From the NCBI GenBank assembly GCA_010093705.1, contig MU006103.1, forward strand, positions 593,121 to 657,120: a DNA stretch of 64,000 bases, read 5' to 3'. Origin of the DNA: Patellaria atrata CBS 101060. Its lineage: Eukaryota. Each line of letters starts with the position of its first letter. Within the stretch, counting starts at the first letter, position 1. Both the position numbers and the translations under genes were made by a program. Positions 39,745-52,326 of the stretch are shown piece after piece. The notes under the pieces were generated by a model. It did no database searches and was not told where the DNA came from. It saw nothing but the letters and a program-made list of their open reading frames with translations.

Positions 39745-40484
39745 ACCACGAGCTGACTTTACTTTCTATTGCATTATTAACTTAGTACAACTTGAAATGA
39801 ATCAATGTCTCGATATCATGTTCAGCACGTAGCGTTTTTGGAAAGTTCTCGATGGTGATTCATATCAAAAAGACTAAATCTCTATTCTACTTTCATTGGT
39901 GATATCGCTATTCCCGTAACTGAGTATGGAACAAGGTTAATAATGCTGTTTTCCCACACACAATAAACACTTTCCTTTCCTGTCAGGTTTCTGGGACACC
40001 AACTTGGGATGCTGGTATCTCAGAGCCGAGTGAACCTTAGCGGGACCGGAGTGACTTCAGGTAGGGGTTGAGGATTCCTCCTCCTAACGGAATAATAATA
40101 CCGCACGCAAAAAACACGAGGACCATCAACCTTTGAGCGGTCGGGACAAAGTAAGCTACCCTAGATTGCTCAGTACATAGTATGGGTACGCAGAAGTCAA
40201 ACCGCAAGTGATAGTATCACCTTGTTAACCCATAGTTTCATCATTTACGGTGAGCTCTTCCGTTGTAGATGGGAATCCTAGTACCTAACGTGGAATTTGG
40301 AGTTGAAATTCAATACAGAACAAATCGTAGACTTGGACTCGTATTGCCCTAACGACTGAAACTTCATTCCAAATCGAAACAATTGTTATAATTTTCCCGA
40401 GAGTTATTCTATACTTCTAATCGAGTTCTCCTGAGTATGAAGTCCTATTTGATTCTGATTCTCACTTACCCATCATGAGCGAAT

Positions 40485-43400
40485 TCAATTTAGGAGAGAA
40501 TCTACGGCCAACCTGAGGCTGTCAGAGAGACTCTCTACCTATACATGATCGTTAGCCTCGCCTACTGATCTATTCACTTATAATCTCCACTTACATTGTC
40601 AGGTGCAAAGAGACTAAAGTGATTCCCCTTGATGGGATAAACGGGTATTGGCTTTTTGATCAGCTGTTCCCAATCCGCGACATCCTGCATGCGAAACTCT
40701 CTGTCGGAAACAAACGGATACTCAACCCCGTACAACACAAGCGTATCCACCAGCTCAACGCATTGAAGCATCACGCATTCGAATCGCGCTGAACTCGCAT
40801 TGGGCGTGTACTTCCCGAGCAGTCTAGCATTGCGTTTGAACTGAGCCTCCACACAAGACCTCAGCCTTTGCGTCTTCGGCGAACGAGCGGCGAATTTTGA
40901 CGAGATCTGCTCTATGATTGTATCGGGTAGTGGATCGTGTTTAAGGGGGCTTGGACTATCAATCAACATTACTCCTCGGGGAGATCTTCCCTGAGCGCGA
41001 AGCTGGCGAGACACCTCATAGGCCAGAACGCCGCCAAAAGACCACCCTGGTTTAATTTTAGCTGTATTCTCTCTAAGATTTGCAGTTGGATGGCTTACCA
41101 CCGAGAATAAAATCCTCCGCATCCATGAGCTTCGCACGTGCAATGCACTTTGTTGCAAGTTGCTCCAAAGATTGAATCTGATTGTCCATATTGTCGAAAT
41201 CGACGCTTGAAATACCAATGACACTGCAAGGGAGCTTTGAAATACGTGAATAGATGTTAGACATGCCGCTTCCATCATGGAAAAGATAAAGAACAGTCTG
41301 GGAATGCTCGTTTCCCTGTAGTAAGGTAACGCATCGTGGTTCGTTGGGACTTGAATCCACATCATTCTCTTGGATCTTGAGAGGTTCTGTTAGTTCTATG
41401 GAGCAGTCCAAAAGTTGTGTAGTATCCATACTGTGACTTTCAACGAAACCTTCGTCAATGGGATGTGTAGAGTTTGATACCGAGACGTTGCCAATAATGA
41501 GTTTCTCTAGTTCTTCAATCGATATGGTGGAGATTATATTGTCGTTCGTATTGATATCTATACCGAATATCTCACGTAGCCCATGTTCAATTTCGATAGA
41601 AAGGAGAGAATCCACGCCTAAGGAATCAAGTGTGCAACGTTTGTCAACACCCGTAATTGAAAATCCGCAGGTCTTTTCGATGAAGATACGTAGATCCTCA
41701 ACTCTAGGTCCTATATCTAAAGTGTTTGAAATCGTTGGCTTTCTAAATTCAGAGGGTGTTCGAGATGATGGAGCTGAAGTAAGCATGGAGTCGAGCTCGG
41801 GAGTCACCATGCCGCTTTTTGATCCGCTCTCGATAGAAGATTGGATAAGCTTGCATATGTCCATAACAGTAGTGCAGCTCTCTAGCATTTTGGTTGTATC
41901 CCCAAGTGTAGGATACTCCTCTTCGAGTTTATGTGCGATCTCAATGAATAAGAGCGAGTCAATACCCAGGTATTCCAGTTTAGTATTCTGACCGACCGTG
42001 CCATCTAATTGGCACAACTCAGATAGAATATTCGATAGGGCGTGGAAAACCTCTCCTTGGGGTTGTTTTGAGATTTCGGCTAGTCTGGGAGCGTCAGATC
42101 CGTACTGGTTATTGTCTTTGAGATTTGGGCTTCGGGCTTTGTCAGACCCCTTCACTTTGGTTGTTCCGTTCGTTTTGACAATCCCATCTGTTTCGACGGC
42201 TTTGATAGGTTTGATTGCTCCGTTGGTTCTGGTGTTCCGATGCGAGTGCTGAATGTTTGTTCTTGATGTATTGTGATTTGTCGACTCAATCGTACGGGCA
42301 AGTTGTGTTTGGAAGCCTTTTAAGCTCAAAATTTTGAAATGCATTCCTCGTACCGCGACGCGGACGTTATTCGTTGAATCGAGTGCGTACGCATCCGCTA
42401 TCAAATGACCTTTTACGGCGTCAATCAAGCTACAGTACAATGTCAACTCTTGAGTGGGAAAAGAGCTTCCACGGGGAACAATCGCTTCTTCGACGCGTAC
42501 GCAAATGCAAGCTTCAGCTGCGCTGACTTTGAGGTTGGCAATGAAACCTGCAGCGTGAAGAAGTGTGTCTACGAGCGGAGGTGGACTATTGAAGATTTCC
42601 TGTTCCAACATGGGCAATTTGAAATGTCCAAACCCCTCCAGCCCAGATGCGGCAATGCGTAGTTGCTTGATCGTCAAGAAAGGATCCGAATACTGGACTA
42701 CGCGAGGAAATATAACGTCATATATCACCCTTGAGGAGAGAGACTCGACAAACTCCACGGATTTGAGTTGCCTATTAATCACGGACGACTGTCGAAGGAA
42801 CATTGTTGCAATATCCTCAGCTCGAGCCTGACCTAAGATACCCGTGCAGTGAAGATCCCCAGTACCGGAAGTGACGTTAAACGTCCCAGTCATTAGATTG
42901 TTCGTCGTAAAAACAAGCATGTGGCTGCCCTCTTGGTAAATCAAAGGCTTGTTAAACACAATGTCTTTGAAAACATTGAATGTTCCTGTAAAGTTTTGGG
43001 TTTCCAGGTCATTCGCCTGAGCTGCTAATTCCATGTACACGGAAGCCGGACATATCGGGACACCACCGACCGCATGTGATTTGATATAATCAGCCAGGGA
43101 AGAAACGGTAGTGTCGAATGTTCGTGTCCCGTCGGGTTGCGATACGCACGAACCCCTGAGAAAAGAGAAAGGAGAGAAAAACTTCCCAGTTCCCCTTGGC
43201 TCATCTCGCTCAGGAGATAGATTGTTACTCCTTGGTTCTTGGTATGGAATAATGAATGTTGACGGCGATAAGGGGTAGTGAGGTAATTCTCCCAGGAATT
43301 GTAGGTCAGCTCCGCGGAATACTTCTGTCCATCGGATTTGTTGTCGATGAGTATATAGACTGCTTAAAGTAGCATTGATTGTGACCCAAGGCTCTTCGGA

Positions 43401-46400
43401 CGGTCTCAGGGAAGGCAAAGCATTCGAAGCCTTATGGTTCAATGTCGCTTTCACCATGGGTAGTGCTATTGTTTCATCAGCAGTTGGAGACATTCTTGGG
43501 TTTACACCACTTACTTTTTGGCGCCGGTCCAATCTCCAGAAATAAAAGTTCTTTCTCGGCCGCAAACTCTTCCACAGTTTTCAAAGCTGCAACGAAGTCA
43601 ACTTTCTCTCTTGCATGTTTAACGAAGTTGGGAGGTTGGAGATCATCTTGTGTCAGAATTCTCCCAAGTGTGCTTGAAGCGATCGTAAATTCAGGGGCAT
43701 GAGTAGTGATCGTTGATGCAAGCTCATAGAACGGCTCCAGGATAGGATCCAGTGCGCTAGAGTGAAATCCATATGTGACATCCAGTTGCTTAGTCTTTAT
43801 CCCCATTGGCTTATTTTGGTATGCGAATTGCGACAGTGAACTCTTTGGTCCTGCAAGGACACAGTCCTCTGGGCTATTTATGCATGCAATACTAAGTTCT
43901 GGGTATAGTTCACTGTTCCTGGATAGAACTGACTCTAGCTTGGTGGATGACAGATGGCATGCCATCATACCAGACGATCCAGGTTCGCAGAGGTCATACA
44001 TCAGCTCTGCGCGCTTTGCAACAAGGAATAGCGCATCGCGGAGGGAGATTGCACCAGCGACAGCCAGCATAGCGTATTCACCAAGACTGTCAATAACTAT
44101 AGTAAGCTCTTGTTCCGTAAATATTAGAAATAGTACGCTCACCTGTGTCCAACAGCTATATCTGGATTTACACCAAATGACATCCACAATTTGGCGAGGG
44201 CGTATTCCACTACAAAACAAGCGCATTGAGCGGTAACAGTTTTCTCAGCCAGAATTGGGTCATCTAATACATGCTCATTCTTAAGCATGCACGGCTCAGT
44301 CTTAGAATACCCGAGGTTTTCTAGTATTTCATCGCAAGTTCGGACTGCCTTTTGAAATACTGGAGCAGTTTCAAGAAGCTCTGAAGCCATTCCTTGGTAG
44401 ATACCTCCTTGACCGGAGAAGACGAATACTACAACCTTTTTCTTTGATCCATAGAAAGTGTCAGGGGTTTTGACTTTCTTAAGCTTGTCCAGAGCGCTTT
44501 CTACACTGTCTGCGACAATCGAAAGGCGGATATCATCATACTCAATTCTTCTAGCACTGGCGGAGTAGGCTAAATCTCCGAAAAATAGATCCTTAGAAGC
44601 AAATGCAAAGTCGTGATAGCTCTGAGATAACCTTTGAAAAGCGTCGACTGTCTTTGCAGAGATGTTTAAAAGGTAACTTGATCTGACAGTTGGGAAACGC
44701 CTTTTCATAGGCCGGATGGGCTCCTCCAAGATAAGGGCTGCATTTGATCCAGCAGCGCCAAAATTGTTCAAGAGTGCTCGTCGAGGACTCTGGGGCTGGG
44801 CTCTCCATGCGGTGAGTTCCCTTGGAATTACAATATTATACGTAGATAAATCTCCAAGCCGAGGATTCAGGGTTTCATGTGCAGCTTGAGGGGGGATCTG
44901 TTGCTCACGCATCATTAAAACCAGCTTTGCAAGTCCAGCTGCTCCAGAAGCTGCCTCCGCATGGCCTATATTACCCTTGATAGAGGATACATAGAGCGGG
45001 TTACTGGGCTTTCGACTCCATCCAAAAGATGACTTTATGCTGTTGATCTCTGCGTGGTCACCTGCTTGAGTCCCTTATGATTGTTAGTTACAATTGAATT
45101 ACGTTGCTTCAAAGTTGACTTACCGGTACCGTGCGCCTCTACTACGCTGATTGAGTCCGGAACAACTCCGTGTCGGTTGAATAATCTCTGAAAGAGTTTT
45201 GCTTGAGTAGTTGAATCGGGATATGTAATTGATTTAGAAGTCCCACATTGATTAACTTCAATTCCTCGAATGATACCGTGTATTCGATCTCCTTCCGCTA
45301 TCGCATCACAGGCGCGTTTCAAGACAAATACACCGCATCCTTCAGCTCGACAATATCCATCAGCGGACGCATCAAATGGCTTGCACTGCCCTGAACTATT
45401 GAGGAAATGTGCTCGAGAAAGACCAATGTGCATCTGCTCTGTTCAGTTTTGGGCTCGAACTTTAAGTCGGTTTGCACTTACATCTGGACTCGATATTACA
45501 TTGACCCCCCCTGCTAACGCTGCTGTGCAATCTTTTGCTTGAAGTGACCGACAAGCTTGATACAATGCTATCATCGAGGAAGAACAAGCAGTATCGACTA
45601 CCACAGATGGACCTTCAAATCCGAACGCATATGAAATTCTTCCGCTAAGAAATGCCCGAAGGGTTCCTGTGCTGTAATAAACATCAATATTATCACGCGT
45701 ATTGTCCACGTAGTCCCCAGTAGCCACTCCTACGTAAACACCGAATGAGTCTCTCTGGAATGTTGGGGTGGCATCCGGTGAATAACCAGCATCTTCCAAT
45801 GCATCCAAAGCCGTATGTAGGAGGTTCCTTTGTTGAGGGTCCATCGACTTTGCCTCACGAGGTGAGATCCGAAAGAAGCCGTTGTCAAAATCAAAAGGAT
45901 TAGCCATAAAATTTCCATACTTTGATTTTGTGGTTCTTGAACCATCCCCTTTTTGGCTGTCGGGTTGATAGTAATCCTGTATGTTGAAACGTGATGATGG
46001 AATCTGTATGCTGTCATTTTATTGTTAGGTCGTGTTCATGGAAGAATAATATACCTCTGAAACTACGTTTAGACCCTCCCTGATTGTATTCCAAAATTGC
46101 GATTTCCCATTTCCAACAGGATATTTGATTCCCATGCCAATTATAGCAATATCATCCGGTGAAACTAACCTCTCAGAAACAGAAGTGCTGCTTAGAACGG
46201 TGAGACGTGGGTGCACAGTTGATTTCATGTTAAAAAGTAGAGATTTGGCATTCGGTTCGATGGCAATAATTCGATATGCGGAAGAGGTGTCACTACTTAG
46301 AATATTCTTTGCCTTTTGAAGCAGTGATATGGATACCATCTGCCACTCGACTTGTTTCATGAACATCGCGCTTAAAATAGCTTCCAATAGTGATGTCTTA

Positions 46401-47346
46401 ATCGTATCGAAGAGCATATACTCTCCGTCAAGTGTTGATCTAATGGGCATTGCCAGATCTTCCCAGCATGGGAATTTGATGTTTCGTCGACGAACATCCT
46501 CGATAATCTTTGTTCGGGTAATCCTTGAGACCTTATTGCCACCGTGATAATACCCATGCACATTTCCGGACCTTGTAGTTACAGACTTTGGAAGATATTC
46601 GACTTTAAAGTGGTGTAGAGAGGGTCCTTGTCCACTCAGTGACAATGTCCTATCCGCTAAAACGGAAGCGATACATATAGGGAATTCAGGTTTCTGAACA
46701 GTAATTAGTGATATGAAATAGAAAATGTGAGTAGGAATACTACCTCAGTTTGATTATATCTTTTCAGTACTTCATTCATCTCCTCCAAACCTAATCCTGA
46801 AACAACCAGAGACCAGGGAAGGTCATTGGGGTTGTTATGACCCTGAGTCCTACTATTCTGGGCAACTCTTATACCTATCCAGAAGACCAGACGGAACCCT
46901 TCAACAGCCCAACCGTGCAACTTTCCGTCCAAGAGTGCAGGGGATGCTGCTACCATAACTGCAGGTATAAGTCCGGAGCAAAGACCACTTACTTCATCGA
47001 TAGTCCTATTCTGCTCATGTTGAGTACTGTTGTATCGCAAGTACTCTAACATCTGTTGAATATATAGGGCAGTGTTCTGGATGATCGGGTTTGATGAAAA
47101 AGATTTTGAAGGGATCGCTAAGGAAAGAGGAGTCGTAAACGCGGAAAATATATCTTCCCCTAAGAGTAATTTCTCATCATCTTGAAGGCTTTGGATTTCC
47201 AAAACGAACGCATCGAAACATGCTGAAAGGATGGTCTTCGCTTGTACCGATGAAGATATGAACTGATGAAGATCTTCTGATAGGCCTTGTGTGAAGAGAG
47301 AGGGTGAGCCCTGTCCAGCAAAAAGAATTGCGTCTCGTACTAACAT
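40485..47346 (-). CDS. Non-reducing iterative type I PKS, SAT-KS-AT-PT-ACP-ACP-TE (orsellinic-acid-synthase-like); multi-exon
   Basis: SAT FAGQG and GLCSG; KS DTACSSS, EAHGTG and [21 protein letters not shown] and [17 protein letters not shown] and DTLLHAAG; two ACPs ([10 protein letters not shown]); TE FHDGSG, G|WSFGG and GNHF. No KR, ER or C-MeT motifs seen. Confidence 0.95.
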
Positions 47347-48134
47347 CGTGATGGAATGTTGAATTCTGTGTGAAAGAGAATTTGTTTTGAGTCAATATGA
47401 GAGAAAAAATTCCTCCTAATGGGTATATCAGCCCAGTTTCGAACGTTACGGCGAGAGAAACCAATTGCTCCGGGTAATACGGCGTGTAAAACCATATACT
47501 CTAAAATATAGCGTTTGGTGATTATGGATGAAAATGATTTTCGCAACCAATGAGTTTCATAACAATCCAGCATTGAGGTATTACAAAGTTTCAAAGTCTT
47601 ATTAATGTCTATGGTAGTTAGTTCTAATCATCCGAAAAAGATTTCTCTAATACAGTACGATAAGTGGAATAGAACACTTCATATCTGCTGATACACTTGT
47701 CCAGTTCTTAATATTTTAAGATTTGTCACTGGAAGGTCTAGAGACTTAGTGAATACTAGTATATTACGGTATGGAAATGTTAGGGATCGAATTACAGTGG
47801 AAATTGATAAGTATCTATAGAATTAGAAAAGTAAGTTAAGTAACAACAACTATCCGAATCGGGTAGTCTTAAATGCTTGGCTGGGGAGAAGGTAGTGCCA
47901 AGCATCTGGACCGGAGTACTTCAAACATCAATGACTCCGGTTACGCCACCTTCGTAATCCCATAGACCATCTATTACGGAAGGAAATCAACGAGACATAC
48001 GTCGGTAGATGGATAGCGCGATCAATTTTTCTTTCAGCAATTTTTGAGCCTTAGATACGAATCTTCCATCAAGTCATTCCGATTGCTTTCGCTCTCCTTA
48101 GTCTTTTTACCTCAGACACGTACTATTCTATACA

Positions 48135-51100
48135 ATGACTGTACCTCATTTGGAAGACTTTATTCGACCTTCTATTCTCCTTACGGAAACAGATAGGGAC
48201 GAAACAGTACGCTCAATCATTGATCTTATTCAGTTCAATGCTACCAAAAATCCGCATCATTGCTTTTGCTTGCAAGCTGAAGAGAAAACTGAGGATGGAA
48301 GCTTATATGCAAAGGAATCCTCTTGGAATGTCCGACAAATCACCTTTAAAGATCTTTATCTATCTCTGAAAGCTTGTGTTTCCTGGTTAAAGGCTTCTGG
48401 CATTGGCAATAGTAAAGCATCTTCCTCTAAGAACCAATCACCAGTAGCTGTATATATTGAGAGTGACGTATCCCTTTTCATCTACGTAGTAGCATTGACT
48501 GCATTGAACTGTTCAGTAAGCTTGAACTTTCATACTTATGAAGTAATCTTAATGCTGAACCCTCCTAGGTCGTTCTATTATCTGCAAGATTGAGCTCGGA
48601 GAGTATCAGTCACCTACTCAGAGAAACTGATACAAGGCATCTCTTGGTTTCGAAGAGAACCCATCATGTCGTTAAATCATCGGCCCTGAATGACATCAAT
48701 GTCACAGTTGTTGTGGGATACTCTCACTTCATGTCAGATCTCAATCGTGATGCAGAAGAAGACACTGATGCTTTCTGGAGAGGAGGTAGAGATTTTGATG
48801 AGAATGATAACAAAGTATTGATTCTCCATTCATCGGGTACTACGGGTCTGCCAAAACCAATCAGACAGGGTCATCGATATCTCTTGGGTTACGCTGCTTG
48901 CCACGATTTCCCAGTGGATGCCCCTCCGATATGGCCTAATCTTTCAACTCTTCCCTTATATCATGGATTTGGAATGCTAGCACCTTGCCTCAGCCTGTCA
49001 GTTGGGATGCCCTGTTGTTTTCCTCCTGCTACAATCATTCCTGGAGCACAATCTACTTTAAAGTTGCTGTCCCTTTTTGAAGCACAGTCACTCATGTCTG
49101 TACCGAGCATAATGGAAGACATCCTTAATATAGAATCGAAAGAGCGTGGTGAAGCATTGTCCATCCTGGCAAAGTTAAAATTTGTGGCGATCGGTGGTGG
49201 TCCGTTGCCACATAGTGTTGGAGAAGAACTCTCACACGCATCTGTGAATGTCCTAGCTCATTATGGAGTAACTGAAATTGGAGCACTGGCGCCAATCTTT
49301 GTCCCTGGTCCAGACTACGATTGGAGATATATTCGGTTACGTAATGATCTCAACCTCCAACTCCGTCCAGTTGAACCCCTTCCGCTCGCTTCGAGTGTTG
49401 AAAGATTCAAACTAGTTGGACTACCGTTCGGCTGGGGAAAAGAGTATGAGATTCAGGATGAGATTGAAAGGAGACCATCCCAACCCAACAAGAACATTGA
49501 TATTAAGGTGATGGGTAGGCGAGACGATATCATCGTTCTACAAACTGGTGAGAAGATTTCCCCAAAACTTATAGAAGACGCACTGGTTCTCGATCCTTTC
49601 GTCAAATCGGCTATCTGCCTCGGGGATGGTTGTTTCGAACTATTAATTCTTATCGAGCCTTCATCTTCTGTAACTTTTGACGACGACTCCTTAAGGAAAC
49701 ACGTGTGGGGTTTGCTTACTCGGATCAACCCAGCTCTCGACAGTCACGCTAGAATCTCTTGTAAGGAAGCGATCATTATTAAATCACATAGAAAAATTAT
49801 TCCCCGGTCTGATAAAGGTTCTGTAATGCGAAGAGAAGTTCACAAATTGTTTGAAACAGATATTAAGAATGCGCAGCGAAAGGTCGAGACAACGTCATAT
49901 GAAGAGGGACTGTTCGGCAACCCATCAGAAATCAACGAAGCAGTAAAGAGAGCAGTATGCTCCATTTTGAGTGACAAGCTACAAATCGACGAGCTGTCAA
50001 GTGAAGAAGATCTGTTCGAAAGAGGCATGGACTCGCTCCAGGCAACCCGGCTGGCACGCGCTCTATCGTCCATCTTCTCTTCACTCTCTCCTACTTCTAA
50101 AGCTCATATCACAAAGGAATTTGTGTATCAAAATTCCTCCGTCAACAAATTAGTCTCCGCTTATAAAGACTTAGCCCGAGCCCGGAAAGATATTAACAGA
50201 GAGCCTAAAAGCCGCCGAACCAGAATAAACGCCCTTGCAACCGAATATATGGATTCAATTCATCGGGATGAAGTTAACATACTCCTTACGGGCTCCAGTG
50301 GAAACCTTGGTGTTCAGTTACTCTCTCGGTTAGTAAAGAGCCAGAGGATTGATCGGGTGTACTGTCTTTGTCGTGGGGGCGATAGAGCGGTAGAAGAATA
50401 CCAGGAACTCCTCCAGACCTCAATAAAGACGGCTGACGTCCTGATAGATCCATCGGGATGGGATAAAATTGAGATAATCGGAGTCAACATGCAAGCTCCT
50501 CGTTTGGGACTAACCTCCGAACAGTATACAAAGATCATAAACTCAATCACACACATCGTACATCTAGCATGGCCCATGGACTTCAACAGAAAGCTGGAGA
50601 GTTATAAGCCTCAATTAGATGCGTTACAGATGCTCATCAAACTAAGTTGCGATATCAATCAATCGCGGCCTAATACGAAGCCTCTGCTACTATTTGCATC
50701 ATCCATAGCTGTTACTAGGTATTATCATGAACTCACCGGTCGTCATGTCGTCCTAGAAAGATCCTTGAAAGATCCAACTGTTTCAGCATCCTTTGGTTAC
50801 GCAGAGGCCAAGTGGATATGTGAGCACATGCTTGAGAGAGCCTGGAAGACATTGAGACAAAGTTTCGATCCCGTCGTCATGCGGATCGGGCAACTGAGCG
50901 GACCAGAATCTTGCAGAGGGGTCTGGAAAACGGCAGAGCATGTCCCAGCGCTATTGAAGGCATCGCAACGAATCTCGGCATTCCCTGCTCTTGATGGGGT
51001 ATGTACCATAACATGAAGGTAACCGGGATGCTTGTATAGCTAATTATTCGACTAGGACTTCTCTTGGCTTCCCGTCGATCGTGCTGCAAGTTCTATATTC

Positions 51101-51448
51101 GAAGTTCTACTTCACAAAGCGACCCCCAAAACTCTTTACTACCATCTAGAGAATCCGATACGACAATCTTTCGCCGACCTAGGCACAATCGTCGTCAAAG
51201 AACTCAATCTAAAAGACGGGAAGATTCCTTTCGAAATATGGCTAACTAGGGTAACTGAAGTTATGGGAGACGCAAGCTTGATAGAGTTTTTTCGGAAGGA
51301 CTTTAGGTCTCTCGCGAATGGGGAAATAAAGCTGGACACGGGGAGGACGAGGGGGGTGTCGCGCTCCTTAAGAAGTGCGAATGGACTTGGAAAGGATCTG
51401 ATAACGGAATATATACAAAGGTGGCGCGAAATGGGGTTCCTCTCGTGA
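48135..51448 (+). CDS. NRPS-like carboxylic (aryl) acid reductase, A-T-R; 3 exons
   Basis: A domain HSSGTTGLPKP, LPLYHGFG, YGVTEIG, GRRDD..GEK, PRSDKG; T domain GMDSL; R domain LLTGSSGNLG, HLAWPMDF, GYAEAKW, RIGQLSG. Introns at about 48517-48568 and 50999-51054. Confidence 0.95.
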
Positions 51449-52326
51449 TATTGATTTAGAGATATAACACTTCATTACGAGCCTTGATATTAATGAAGTT
51501 ATTATCCTCTAATCCCTTTCATGCTGTGAATAGTGTTTACGTTGATTGCCGTAGCAACATCATAGAGCACTGCCCTTATAATAAAGTGTTTCAAAGGGCT
51601 CAACCCTTATGCTGGAGTCATAAGCGGTATCGGACTGAGAAGAATCTGGATTGGCGGACTTTTTAGGATTATGGTTTGATGGGAGAACCTAATACCCACC
51701 CTAGAGCTCCCACGCGCTTCTCAAGGTTGACATAATAGAGTTGTTGCAATAATTGTGTCTTCATTGCGTGGAAGTTTGCGTGTGCTTATCCCATTGACTT
51801 ATAAATGTGCTAGATATCGCAGAGCATCTGGGAGAGCTCTCCAATACTTTGATCATTCGGAATTATAAAAAACAAAGGGATCGTGTAGTTCTATACGGAG
51901 GCGAAGTATGATAAAAGACTTTTAGGATTATGGAGCAAATCATCTTGGTTCATGCTACTGCACAATAAGTAGTAGTACTATTCTCCGAAAAAGGTTGTGG
52001 TTTTATAGCATGGAGACCTGAGTTTTGACTTGTAGCCACCCCCCTATTCTTATAACCTTGAAGCAAATGAGATTATATCTAACCCACTGCGGTATAGTTG
52101 TATCGAACGTGGTAGTGCTAAACTAATTGTAGCCGAGATCTTAGCTCCTACCTAAAAATTTCCCAACAGCAGGATTTTCAATTCTATGATCTTATCAATC
52201 TACAAGTACAAGTACTCTGTACACTATAGGGCTTTTCACCATCCTACACTCAGAATTAGAACACGCTCTTCAATTCACTTAATCAATTGTCTTTTCCGAA
52301 ACTACCTCAGGAACCATCTCTGCAAC

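Noticed and set aside
42130..42290. TNG-rich stretch in the PKS as an extra domain
   Set aside because: Ordinary low-complexity PT-ACP linker.
41458..42831. Plus-strand ORFs inside the PKS, and similar antisense ORFs in the AKR, CAR, GH3 and antiporter genes
   Set aside because: Shadow frames of real genes with no recognisable motifs.
40485..51448. Naming the cluster as ascochlorin/LL-Z1272, terrein, oosporein or cichorine
   Set aside because: Signature genes of those pathways (prenyltransferase and halogenase, TerB-type reductase, laccase, C-MeT-containing PKS and P450) are not seen in the window, so no gene symbols were assigned.
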